The position numbers and the translations under genes are program-made. DNA of 64,000 bases from the NCBI RefSeq assembly GCF_000315625.1, contig NW_005434457.1, positions 3,835 to 67,834 on the forward strand, in the 5' to 3' direction. The first letter of the stretch is position 1; the number at the start of each line of letters is the position of its first letter. The notes beneath the pieces were generated by a model, which was given only the letters and a program-made list of their open reading frames with translations, had not been told where the DNA came from and searched no databases. Positions 24,701 to 38,100 of the stretch are shown here, one piece after another. The DNA is from Guillardia theta CCMP2712 (Eukaryota > Protista > Cryptophyta).

Positions 24701-27700
24701 TTTACATCCGTCGGTCTGTATAGAAATACTTGTTGCTCTTTCCAAAGTCTGCACAACCTCGTTCGTGTTGTTCAAGGACGAAATAAGCCCTGGTATCAGA
24801 CACGCCAACACTATGACTATCACCAAGTAAAATATTTTGCCCATGTGAGCATTTTCTTGGGGACTGAAGGATATATGTTGTGTCGACCTAAGAAAGTTTT
24901 CTGACAGCTTGACCAAGTAGATTGGGAAGGTTCCATGGTTTCGCCTAGCCCACATGAAGAACAAGTACAAGAAGACAATGAGCACAAACAGCAGAGGCGC
25001 ACCCGTGCTGGTAGTCTGCCACGTGTTGACTTGACGAGGAGTACACATGTTCCATGAGTAGCATCCAGTGTCATCACAGTAGGTCGAGCAAGTTCCGTAT
25101 CGAGGGGGCCCACCTATACTGGCTGCTTCCAGACACTTTCCTTTCCCTCCACAAGCCGACGGGCACCAGCCGCACTTCTGAACCCTCTGCTGTATGCAAG
25201 CAGCACACGTCGAAGCGACGCAAGGCTGCGATCGTGTGACGACAATGTTGAGGGTGTAGGTGACAGCAGTTTCGTTCCTCCCGTTGAGGTTGATGCCGGT
25301 GCAGCCGTTGTCGTTGAGCTTGAAGCGAATCGCTTCAATCCCAGTGAACTGAGGGTCTGACTGATACTGCAGGCGAGCCAGCATGGCATTGATGCCTGGC
25401 ACAAGACCATAAAACGACACCGAAGGACCAGAAACGTTGGAAACAAACTTTACAGCTGGGGCAAGCGAGGCGTTCAAGAAAAGATTTCCGCCACTGAGGC
25501 CAACAGTCAGGAAGAAGAGCACAAGCGTGATCGGGCTGACCTGCTCGTCTGTATCGAGACGTTCATCATGCAGCCTGGCGTATCCGCGATGTCGACGTCT
25601 TCGACCTCTACTTTGTTCAGAGAGGTCGTCTCGTTCTGCACTGCCTGCATCAATGGGAACGGGTTGCTGTAACGGACAGTTCCCTGGGTGTTGAAAGTGA
25701 ACAACACCGGAGGGTTGTTCACTGCCTGGATCTGCAACGTCAACCACCTCGTCACGATCTGTTCTTTGAACGGAAGGTTGGTGGAGCAATACGCAAACAT
25801 GACATCCGCTGGAACATCTGCTGGAGCGTTACATGGGTATCCAATGCCTACGTTTCCCAGGTCGTTCACTTGGAACGAAATGACCTACACAACAAAGTCA
25901 GCGTCATTCACACGAGGAGCAAGCAACCTTCTCCCCGTTGTCATACTGCGGAGGGTGATAGTAAATGGCGTTAGAATCGATCAAGCTTTGAACATTCCTC
26001 ATGACACCCAAAAGCACCAGAGAGCTTGCATTAGCAAAACCAAGCACATAATTTCCTGCCGTCAATTGCAATATTGTATCTTGCACTGCTATTTCTGCTT
26101 GTTTGAGGGCGTTTGAGGATAGTTGCTGGAATCAACACAAGTGAGCAATCATCTCAACAACAAACGCAAACTTTCGACCTGATATAAAGAAGAGTCAACA
26201 AAGGTCTGCAAGCATTGTGCTTCACTGAGCGCCCCGAGAGCCATGGATGCTACAGAGCAATACAATTTCACGCGCTCACACTCCGACGTCTGTGATTGGC
26301 AAACATCCGCAAGAGAAATACCATTCAGGCTCAAAAACTGATTGGACGGATTGCATGATATCTTCATAATGCACAGTTGCAAGTAACTTTCTCTGGTGAC
26401 GAACCCAAAATACTTAGCTAGCAGACTCCTCAGGTCGACGACAGAGCTTGAAGTCACGTTCATCGTGCCAGTGAGTCCGTCGATCTTCAAGGCGAGCCTT
26501 CCTTGTGCCTTCGCACAAGGCGCTGCTGCACAAGGCTTCTCGTTGATGTCCGGGTCACTCAAGATAAAGTTTGAAAGTCGAATGGTCTGATTTTCTAACG
26601 AACTCAAAGTGGAAGAAATGAAGGTGACGTTCGGTGGATCATTGACATTGATGATGTTGATCGGATACGTTTGATTGCTAGAATTCGAAATTTTGACACC
26701 GAAATTTCCTTGATCATCGCATGACACATGTAAAAACTCTTTTCCAAGGTTGTTTGTGTTGAAACTTTTTTCAGCATAATAGATCAAACGATCATTTATC
26801 ACTTTTTGGACATTGGTGATGTTGCCAGACAACGAAATCTGATTGGTAGGAATCATTTTCTGACCAGCTGGAAACAAGCTGCTGAGGTATGGTACATTCC
26901 ATGTGACGCTGATGCTGGTCACAGGGAGGTTGACGCAAGGTTCCTGCGGAGGGTTCAAACTCAGTGTGCATCTCACCTCCGAAAGAAAGCTCTCACCATC
27001 TCAGTATCAGATCCATACCAACCGGGAGGACATGTCGGGCGATTTAAAGTTTGGTTGGCCCAGAGAGATAGCTGAGAATTATTCAAGTATGCTGCGCACT
27101 GCGCCCCCCATTCATACAGTTGTTCTTCACTGATCTTCGATCCAGGTGGCTTCACTTCGCATCGCCCCAGCAGCAGACTAAAAATACCATGTTCAACACT
27201 GAGCGCTACAGAGACTGAGAACTCGATTCCGCTCTTCTTCATCAACTGCTCAGTTGCAAGCGAATAGTCTGGATCAATGACTTTTAACTTGTTGAATCGC
27301 AAAGAGCCTCCCTCGAGCAGGTTGAAACCAAGAAATTTCACTTGGACGTCATCCACCAAAACCATCTGACCATTAGGGTTCCCTCGAGAGTGAGAAGAAG
27401 CCCTCAGCACTAGCGGGTATGAGTTTCTTGAGTGATGAATGAAATCAGTATAAGCAATGAGGAGTATCAAGGGACTGACCTGTACGACGTGAAAGAAGCA
27501 GAGTAGAACAGCTTGAAAGGGTTGGCAGGGTTGAACTCCAGACGGGAGGCGTTGATAGTGGGAGGACTAACTTCCCAGGCGTTCATGTCCGAATGGTTCA
27601 AGAAGGCCTCGAAAGAGAAGGCTTCGTTCCCATTGGAGCTCACTCCTACCTGCATGGAGATCTGGAAAGAAGCTCCCAGCGTCAAGCCGTCAACCGTCTG

Positions 27701-30700
27701 ATTGACATCGACCGCAGGAGAGGGGAGCATGTAAAGGTGCTGGAGGCCCTCGGGCGAGGCGAAGTCACCGTCCCACCCGTCAAAAGAGATGCCTGCCAGC
27801 GGCGACATGGCCCAAGAACCCTCGCGTTGAGCTGGGCTTGACAAGACGCCAACGCAGGGTGTGGATCCATTCGGTTGCAAAAAGGCGATGGAGCAATCGC
27901 GAACCCCCTGGCAGAGCGAGGGATGCTCGAACCCTGAGTTCTCCACAAGCCCATCGAGAGAGACATGGCAGGGTTGGCTCTGAGGCACTATCTTGATGTT
28001 CGCCTTCCCTTCAATCCAGTTCAAGTGTTTCGAGCTGGTCAGCCCGCACGAAAAGTTGAGATTGAGCGGGTCATTCGGGTGCAGCTTATCTGAGACCATT
28101 ATCTAGAGCACGAGACGTCAGCAAGCAAGCCAGAAAGAGTTCACATCTGTGCATCACCGACAGCGCTTCGCCGGTGGGAAGTGAGAGGTAGTTGCTGTTT
28201 TCCCGAGGCACATAAACAATGCTTTGAAGAGCATTCTACAGATGGGGTAAGGTTGTGCGATCGTGTCCGCCATCAGCGTACCTGGATGTCGCCTTGGAAG
28301 CCTCTCATTGCGAGTGACGAGCACAAAAGTCCAGGTGGCACAGTCTTGCAGATACAGGAACCTGGAGCTCCGACCTCGGCAGATGAAGTTGGGTCCCAAA
28401 CACATTCGTAGCTGGTGGCACAGTCTCCTGCAGTAGCATGCATCGAACACTCTTCGTTCTTGCAATCCGCTTGTAAAAAGAACGTAAGGGAGGAGGCTGA
28501 TAGGGCATTCAAGGCTTCTATGGCGGCCTCCGATGCAGTTGGAATGAAAATTCTGCCGTACACAACCTACAAAAACTTCACTCGATTGCTTCTGAGCCCA
28601 TGTAGATACCTCCACGCGCAGCGTGAGTTGTCCATAGCCCTTTCCTAGATGTATACACTCATCCGAATCTACATCAGCAATCCCAAGACCAGGGGAAAGA
28701 GCAGCTTGCGAGAGTTGCACTCTTGTGTTCTCCAAGATGGCGATCGGGTCTGTTGTTCTTGGGGTTGTGATAGTAGGAGGGTTGTTCACAGGAATGACGT
28801 TGACAGGAACTTGTAAGGTCGAGGCTGCCGACGAAAAGTCATATTGCCCGGTCTGATCGGATCCACTGAACCCTTGGTCACTGACTACGATGGATATTGT
28901 TTCAGTACCAACGTTGCTGATTGTCAACCAAGACTTAGCAAACTTATGACACCCTCCACGAAATTTACCTGTTAAAATATGGATCCCTTGCTGAAAGCTG
29001 ATATCGGAGCAAATGTGTTGCTGCATTGGCATCAGCAATCGATGCCAAGAAGGACATCTCGGGCATGAATTGACTTTGAGGGGACTTGAAGAATCGGAGG
29101 TTGTCAAACTTTGACAATGACAGGGATCCATGCTTGGCAGAGAGATCAAAGGTCAGCTGGGGACACAGAGATGACAGGGAGTAACTCAATGATTCTCCTG
29201 TTGATACAAGTCACCCTGCTCACGAACAGACTATCACATCACCTTCAACTAGAGCTTTCGAGATGTTTGGCTTACAGTCAAGAGGAGCATCTTCAAATTC
29301 ATCCACAATCTTCGTCATCAAGCTACCAAGAGGTATTGGTATCGTTGATCTTTCAAACACAGCTATGTTGACGGATGAGTTCAGATCAAACGGAAGCCCT
29401 CCTGTGTTGGGTTGATGACAAGTGTATGGAAGGTTTGTGTTGGCACACTTCTGCCTACACCCCGAGGATAGTTTGCCTTGAAAGATAACACACGGCTTGT
29501 CGTTGACTGCCATCTAGAATACAAAGAATTAAAAAGAAAAATCACACTCTCACCATATCAAATATTCACATCCTCACAAGATCAAACTTTCACCCTCTCA
29601 CAAGATCAAATTACCGAGTAGATGTTATAGAGCAAGACAGTCTTGTACTTGGTCATGCCAATTCCACTCGCTCCATCATCATCAAAAGTGATTACAAGGT
29701 CGTCCAAAAAGGTTCCCATCTCTGCAGCCGTCGAGAAGGAATGAGAAGGAGAATTGGTCCTCTATGTAAGCAAGAGCATCAGCACGTCACCTTCGCCAGG
29801 AAGAGATGGTGGCTTACCTCATAGATTCTCTTCGCGCACTCCAGGCTACAACCCGAACTGCTTTGTACACCAAGGAACACTGGTTCGGCTACATTATTGA
29901 GGAAGCATTCTCTCGGGCAATCTACATAGTCCGGGTTCGTTTCTGCACTGAATGCATTTGCGTATTGCAAGTTCTCATCAATGTTCGTTTGATAGACTGC
30001 ATTCATCAAAGCCTGGCGAACATCAGAGGCATAGCCAGAAAACCTGACGACTTGATTTCGAAAGCCATCGCCCTTTGTGAAGGTCAGATGAGGACGGATA
30101 CTGTCTGGAATTGTGATGGTCCCGAGCCTTGAGGACACTTCGACCGTGAAGCGAGAAGTCCGCGATTCACCAGGAATTGGTTCTGGCAAGATCTGGATCA
30201 GGTACGGACAAGTCTCATACCACCCTCGATTTCCACAATCTTCAAGAGCAACATATGCTGGCAGGTCCCCCTTGACAGAAAGTTCCCTCAACCAACTGTC
30301 TGCATACCATGGCTGCATATAGAGATTGGTCCTCCGTTCCTTCATAGGGATCACTCTGAGATTGGTGTAGGCCATGTTAGGAACGTAGCAATCTTGAGGT
30401 CCAAACAAAAGTTGTTGTTGCAGACATGACGAAATCGCTGAAATGTCAAGCACTTGAAGAGAGACATTGCCCTTTTCTTCATTTAGGATGTTACTGAAAT
30501 TTGTAAAGGATTGAACAGAAAAATCCCCCAAGACAAGGTTTGTCACCTGTTCAATCAGCAAGATTCAGCGATTGAATGATCAAGAATGAAACTTACGGTA
30601 AGACTGGCCTCAATCTGCACTACTGAATCCAAGTAGCCTTGGCCCTGTCTAAGTTGTATTCCACAGCTGGAATACGATTGATTGCCACGGAAAGTCAAGT

Positions 30701-33700
30701 TCATATTCGCGCCAGAGTAAACTTGCAATGTAGGGTTGAGATACTCATGATTTGCATCAATGTTGAAGTAGGGGGCAAAGAATCTCAAAGTTTCAACGAC
30801 TGCAATAGGATTCAGTTGCAAACAGACGACCCCCTGATTCAAGGCATTGACGTTGGCCAGCAATGTTGGAACGTCTATGGACGAAGTTACCCAAGTAGCA
30901 CTGTCCGTGTTGTAACTTGTGACACCCAACTCAGCGATGACATGAATTTGCAGATGGGTGCTCCAAGTGAACGTTTTTGTTGATGCCAGAATTGAACAAG
31001 AGACCAGATTGACAGAGAAGTTGCCTTCAACAGTGCATGCCCCCTTGCTGGTTGAAAATTGCTCATCTTTACAATCGTACTTGTACAACGACAGGGAAAT
31101 TTGTGCTGACAAATACGATTGCAGGACGTGAATTGAGTTTGAGATGTTATATCCCAAATAAATAACTTTTCTTTTCCCCTGCATGCTGTTTAATTTCAGA
31201 AAGGAGGACTGGTTCAAGACCTACAAAAACACATGTAAGAAACATCATAAGCAACCGACTGCAACGAACCGGATCAGCGTCAGGTATTGCTTCATCCACA
31301 TACTTGACTAGTGTGGCATTCCAGTAAATAAATGGCATGTTGTAGAGCAATGTGCAATTGTATTTCAAAAGCGGCAATGTGAGCTTTGCCTGAAAATCAA
31401 AATCAATGGGCACACAGCTTGTAGGAGTCAGACGACTCACCACATCACTCGCGAGCATGCTTTGATACAGGGGCTCAGGAGAGCGATACTGATAGGCATC
31501 GACATCTACTATGTGTGCGCCCACAATGGAAGTTTGACCAAACTGAAAGAGAGTGGCAGCTGAAGGCATCATAGCGAACGGGGGGTCATTTTGCGGCACA
31601 ACTGTGACATTGATGTATCGCGTTGCAACGAATGGAGTGTCGTAAGGTGAAACCCCTCCTGACCCAGTGTCGTTCACCGTCACCGTCAAAAAATCTTGGG
31701 ATCCGTACTGGACTGATGCTCACAAAACTTGTTTGTAGAAGATCAATCCCTTACCTCATAATTGCTGTTGGTCGCAGACAAATATTCCAGATTTTTCAAG
31801 AAAGCGTTGCATGCATCTAATCCATCGTGTATCCTACAGAAAGAGATTCAATGAACCTTAAGCAAGAGCAATCCAAACCTCAAATAATGCACAAAGGGCT
31901 CGAGCGACGACACTCTGACTCCACTTCCAGTGTTGTTCGTCTGTTGCAACATGTCAACGATCGCAGACAGTGTGAAGATCGAGGTCACCTGGATCTCCAG
32001 GATGATCTTACTTCCAGACACATCGTTTGCATCATCTGATATAGAGATTGCTGGGTTATTAAGCCTTGAGGCTTTATCTTCTTGTATAACATATGCTGGG
32101 GCAGGAAAAAGAATAACAGGAGGGTCATTTACAGGCAGGACTGCAATCCGTACACCAGTGAGCATTGCATTCCCAGGGAATTTGAATTGAAGGTATTTCT
32201 GATACTGCGGGGGAAATTTTGAGTTCCAGTGAGGAACAGGGAGGTACTTCAAGGTGTTGATCTCGGTGGTCAATTCTCGGGCAGTCCCTTGCAAATTGAT
32301 TGTTGCTGCAGATTGAGCGGTCGCAGTGTAGGATCGACCTGCCAAGATCAAAATCTCTCCAGCAGTGACGTTCTCGGAGCCAGCAACCTTGACAGAGATG
32401 ATTACACTTGTGGTCCTGCGACATTCTTAGTGGAAAAGGTGGAAAGCAACAGTCACATACCCGAGCGGCCCCTCGACCAAGAGCGATCCATTTGTAAAGG
32501 TGCAACTTTCATTCGTTTTTGAGTTGTCGAGCAAAGGAGAATTCTCCCAGCAGCTCATCTCGACGCTGTTGAAAGGGTACCTCTCCAGTCGATGTTCACC
32601 GAGGGTCTCGCACACACCACCGGCAGAGAGAGCAGGAGATGACCCGATGCACTGTAAGGCAAGCGAATCGTCAGACCGGTTGGCAGAGATTGAAATGACT
32701 CGTCGGCACTTACCGGGCCATCAGAAAACAAGACGCCAACAGTGAGTCCCGATGCGGAGACGATGTGCTTCTTCGAGTATTCGTCTCCCAGGTACCGGAC
32801 ATAGAACCCGGAACATTGCGCGGCTGTACACATGGGCAGAAAGCATACTCCCCCGCACACTCCACAGGAGTCGAGAATCATTCCACTAGAAAAGACCCCA
32901 TCACAACCAAGTTGACACCTGTCAAACCCTCCACATTTGTTGCATTTATCGCAGACACTTCTCACCGTCGGCACCCCATACAGACTAGCGAATTGACCAA
33001 TGTTCGCGAAAGGAGCAGACGCTACCGTAGGAACATCAACAACTCCAGCGCAATCCGTAGGCTCCATCACGATCGCAAAGATGTTCGAGGAGAGAGCCTT
33101 GGGAGGACTTGCTTCGTTATCAAACGTGCATGATACCATGGTTTCCGGCGGCGGGAGGACAACTCCATCCAAGATTTCGCAGAAGTCGGACACGTTCTGA
33201 TGTGACAAACTTCTCTTGTAATGAAGCTTGTACCACGATCCTTGCTCTCGAGATTCGAACCAGAACCATTGTTGGCAGGTAGCCTGAAAGTAGACGTGCT
33301 GATAAGAGAAAGGCCCAAGACCTGCCCCCACAGGAAACGACTTCATGGCTGAGCTCCAAGGAACATGGAAATCTAGTTTCAGTTCGACGTACGGAATGTA
33401 ATTGCGATTGGTGCTTGCTTCGTAATGATCGATCCAAAGAGGACAAACCGACGAGTCTATAGGATAAGGTAGACCATACTCCTCCTGCGCACTTCCATTC
33501 ATGATGTTGTCTGAAGTCCTCGCAAGGGTGACATTGACCGGGTTGTAGAAGAAGACAACACAGCACATGTCCAAGTCTACCTGCGAAGACCATCCCTTCA
33601 TAGTCACCCCGATGGCTCCACATCTGTCGGTAGACGGGAAAGTGAAGGACACGTTTCGAGGACTCCCAGACGCTCCGATCTTGTAGAAGGCAACCTGAAA

Positions 33701-34057
33701 TGTTCTTGTCGAGTAAAACGTCGGACCACCTGGATCGTTCACAACAGCTGTCTTGAGGCTAGAGGTACAAATAGACCTTGTAAAATTCTGTACAAAACTT
33801 AACATGGAGTAGACAGAATCAGTGTACGTGCTGCTGAGTTGTCTGCTGGATCTGATGTGCGTTTCACCGCGAGCATGGCGCTCGAGAGTCTTGTTCGAGA
33901 TTTCTGATTGGTCTCGATATTGACTTCTCAATCGCACAGGCAAATCTGATGCTTTGCCTTGCGATGGTGTCGTTGCGACAGGATGAACTTCAAACGTAAC
34001 AAACAGAACACATGCTACCAGAAGGGGAGCTCCTGTGAACAGAAACCGTTGCTTCAT
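21728..34057 (-). CDS. Giant (>3500 aa) multi-exon cell-surface protein: signal peptide, Cys-rich repeats, bacterial-type cadherin-like/Ig repeats, PSI-like domain, multi-pass TM C-terminus
   Basis: Chain of long minus-strand ORFs separated by short introns. Signal MKQRFLFTGAPLLVACVLFVTF; DKCNKCGG/DSCGVCGG; recurring D-x-G..G...(V/Q)N(D/N)(P/K)P linkers (VNDPP, QNDPP, VNDKP, VNNPP); ENSGFEHP carbohydrate-binding-like module; TCAACIQQRVQKCGWC; about 9-10 hydrophobic helices in the last exon. Confidence 0.8.
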
Positions 34058-34489
34058 TCCATATGAGATTTGATCAAGATGGAATGATTGTGGCTCGGAA
34101 AACAAGAGTCAAACACCAGCTTTGAACGTTGTCATAGCAATCACTGAGCTGATTGTTTGATCTTTACACTGTCATCTTGGAGGATAGATACCATGCACGC
34201 TCTACCATCGAATGCGGCGGCACCTGCATGGCAGCATCTCTATAGCCGCTGCTCTCCCGCTACCTGCCTCCTCCTCCTCCTCCTCCTCCCGCGTCTCCTC
34301 GCCATCCCGTCATGTTCCCCAGGCTGCGACCCTCCTCGTCAGTAGCCACCACTAGAATGGCCCCTCATCCCCACACATTCCTCTTACTGGTCAGTCAGGG
34401 GATGAGGGAAGTCCCCCCAATATTGACGTTGTAGGTCGCTGGGCATGCGTGAACCTGAGGAAAGGAGGAAGACGGAGGGAGAGAGAAGG

Positions 34490-34850
34490 AAGACAGAGAG
34501 AGAGAGAGGGAAGGAACATGGAGAGAGAGAGAAGGAAGGAACATGGAGAGAGAGAGAAGGAAGGAACATGGAGAGAGAGGGAGGGAAGGAACATGGAGAG
34601 AGAGAGAAGGAAGGAACTTGGAGAGAGAGAAGGAAGGAACATGGAGAGAGAGAGAAGGAAGGAACACGGAGAGAGAGAGAAGGAAGGAACATGGAGAGAG
34701 AGAGAAGGAAGGAACATGGAGAGAGAGAGAAGGAAGGAACATGGAGAGAGAGAGAGAAGGAAGGAACATGGAGAGAGAGAGAAGGACGATGGAGAGAGAG
34801 GGAGGGAAGGAACATGGAGAGAGAGGGAGGGAAGGAACATGGAGAGAGAG
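34490..34850 (+). repeat. Purine-rich minisatellite, ~25-bp unit GGAAGGAACATGGAGAGAGAGAGAA
   Basis: About 14 tandem copies between two divergent genes. Confidence 0.92.
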
Positions 34851-35132
34851 GGGAGGAAGAGGGAGAGGAGGGGAGAGGGAGGGGAGGGAAACAGGCAAAG
34901 AAAGAAGACGCTGAAGTGAAAGTGGGGGAGAGAACTTACGGGGAGGGAGGGAGGGAGGGAGAGCAGGAGGGAGGTGATGTGGTCGAGAGAGGTATGGGCG
35001 TGTTGATCTCGCTGATCGTATTGAATGACAACGACTTATAGTCTTTCTAATAACCTTCGAATCAGGTGGAGGAGAAAACAGCTGCCTTTTCCATGTGTAT
35101 CTGATCTGAGATCCTGCTGAAATCATCAAGAC

Positions 35133-38100
35133 ATGGCAGAGAAGTCTTCAGATGAAGACAGGGGCTGTGAATGTGGAGTTTGCCTTATCGACTTCCTTCA
35201 GAGCTCCTCACAAACCCCTATCTGGCAGTGCAGGGAAGGGCACGCTTACTGTTCAGCATGCTACGACAAGGTGCGGTGGGTTCTTGCACATGCGAGGAGT
35301 GTTGACTTGGAGCAGATGGGCAGGGAGGATGCTGTATGTCCTATCTGCAATGTGAGGATGGGAAGCATCAGAAACCGCGCCCTCGAGAAGCTAAGGGATC
35401 GTACTCTCCGTCCAAAGGCCCCGGAGGACTCCTGTGGATCCTCCGAGAGGAAAGGGGTCGACCATGGCGGCTTCAAGTTCTCTGATCCGTTTCGGCACAC
35501 GGCGACCGGGTGGTCCATGCCGTCTGCCCCCCCTCCCTTTGCTTTCTCTCAGCAGTTTTCCTTCGGGGGCTTTCAGAATTCTTCGCATGTACCGCCTTTC
35601 GCTCCAGCTCCAGCTCCAGCTCCAGCTCCAGCTCCTTCTTCTACTCCAGCTCCAGCTCCAGCTCCAGCTCCAGCTCCAGCTCCAGCTCCCTCTTCCACTC
35701 CAGCTCCAGCTCCAGCTCCAGCTCCAGCTCCAGCGTTTTCTTCCGCTCCAGCTCCTGCTCCTGCTCCTGCTCCTGCTCCCGCTCCCGCTCCCGCTCCCGC
35801 TCCAGCTCCAGCTCCAGCTCCTGCTTCTTCTGCTCCCCCTTCTGTCCCTCCTGCTTTTTCTGCGCATCCTGCTCACCCGCCTGCAGCTTCTTCTGCTCCC
35901 CCTCCTGTCCCTCCTACTTTTTCTGCCCCTTTCTCCACGTCCTCGTTTCCGAACCCCAAGAGAAAGCCGAAAGCTGGAGCAAGAGGGAGGGGGCAGCCAC
36001 GGAAAGGCTGCCCGTCCAACGAGGACGGGTTTGTGTTTGAGATTTCAGACCTCCTCAGGAATACCTTCTTGCATCCGCAAGGGCCGGCGTATCCTCCCGG
36101 AGCCTCCTGTCATGACTTTCCCGCCTCCTCCTCCTCCTCCTCCTTCTCGTTCTCCTCGACACCGTCTGGCTCCAGCATGCCTCAGCAGTCAGCAACTCAG
36201 GGATCTGACTTGCCGCCAGGCCCTGGGGGAGGAGACGAGGGGTGCGGGGTAGCAGAAGGAGAGAGCGCTGCTCCGATGCGAAAGAACAAGAGCAAAGGCC
36301 AGCGGAAGAAGACCGTTCAGAGGAAGGAGGGGTCTGACTTCACCTCTACCGAGAGCTTTGTCTTTCATCCTCCCCCAAACTTCTCCTTCCCCCAGCCGAG
36401 CTCCTCTGGCTCCACCGGGCAGAGTAGCAACTTCAGTTCGGTGCCGTCGGAGGAGCAGAAGTCGAGAGGGGACAGGGAAAAGGCCGAGTTCGGTGCTCAG
36501 CAGCAGTACAGTTCCCCCCCGAATCATAGCAAGGCATGTGGCACGAAGAGAACTTGGCGGAAGGCGAGGCGAGATATGAAGGAAGACAAGCAAGCTACTA
36601 GCTTTCAGTTTGAAGTTCCTAAAGCTGCCGGGGGAGGAGAAGCAGGAGGAGGAAATGCAGCAGCAGGCACTAGTAGTACCTTCTTTGACTTCCAGACCTA
36701 CGCAGAGCTGGTTGACCGCGCGGGCCCGACCGCCACAGCAGCTTTCATCGCTAGGAACCCAGGCGTGTCGCTGTCAGTTCTGCTGGAGATGGTGAAAGAG
36801 CGAGAGAAGGCGAAGGAGGAGGAAGTGAAGACGAAGAAAGAGGGGAAGGAGAAGGAGAAGGAGAAGGAGAGGGAGAAGAAGAAACAAGACGCACCGTCGC
36901 AGGAAGTTGATGAGCAGAAGACGTGTCTGGAACTTCGGAATCAAGGAAACAATCTCTACATGAAAGGACTCTATTATCAAGCTTGCAGCGTCTACTCGCA
37001 GGCAATTTCCATTGGAATGTTCGTTGACGCGAAACTTCAATCTGTCCTGCTCAACAATCGTAAGTAGATCACAACATATCCCTCTCTTTTCTGTTATGTT
37101 GCCTTCATCCTCCCCTGTCCTTCTATTTCATTTCCTTCTGCTGCTTCATTCGCCTTGCTCTCCATCATTCCTGCCGATAATCTCATTATCGCGGTCTCGC
37201 TTGTTTCCCGATGCTCTTACTCTCTCTCGCATTCTCATGTTCCTTTTCCCAGGAGCTGCTAGCCTGCACAAGCTCAACAGGTTGCAGGAAGCTTATGATG
37301 ACTGCCGGTAAGGCGAAGAGGACGGAGGGACAGGGAGGAAGAGGGACGGAGGGACGGAGGCGGTAAAACAGAGCGAGGCAAATAGGAGGAGGTGGAGGAG
37401 GAGGAAGAGATTGACATTGAACCAGGTCGGCGATAAATCTCGACGGAGAAAACGGGAAGGCGATAGCGCGTGGCGCTAATTATGCAGGAGAGTTGGGACT
37501 TTTCAATGAGAGCAAAGAGCTCTTCAAAAGAGCGACACAGGTGAGATGAGACTATCATCTCATCTCTCCTCCTCCTCCTTCTCCTCCTCCTCCTATCATC
37601 TCATCTCTCCTCCTCCTCCTCCTCCTCCTCCTCCTCCTCCTCCTCCTCCTCCTCTCTTGATCCACAACCTCTCGCTCCCTCGCTCTTCTTCATACACTTC
37701 ATTCTGCTGCCTCTCGCTCCCTCGCTCTTCTTCATACACTTCATTCTGCTGCATCTTTGACTTGTTTTCGTCTTCTAGTTTTTCCCTGAGTCTGCAGACA
37801 TGGTCAAGTCCGTCAAGAAGGTGCCTGTCTTTCCTTCCTCCCTGCGTTGCCTCCCAACCCTGCCATCCTTTCCTTCTCATCTTCATTTCTTCTCCACCAA
37901 ACTCCCCTCCCCTCCCTCCCCTTCCCTTCCTTTTCCTTTTCCTAGTAGCCGCAAGTATTTTGATGCGGCAGCAGATGGAGTCGCTTGCCGAGCAGGTAGA
38001 CAAGGCTCGCTCGCTGCTGTTGGACGGGGAGGGATCGCGAGCGAAAGCATGCTTGCGCGAGCCGGTTAGTCTGCTCTCTCGCTGTTCAAAGTCTGAGGCT

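Noticed and set aside
34384-35129. Several 120-240 aa ORFs on both strands
   Set aside because: Artefacts of the stop-free purine minisatellite.
37668-37752. 42-bp tandem duplication
   Set aside because: Local intronic duplication with no evident function.
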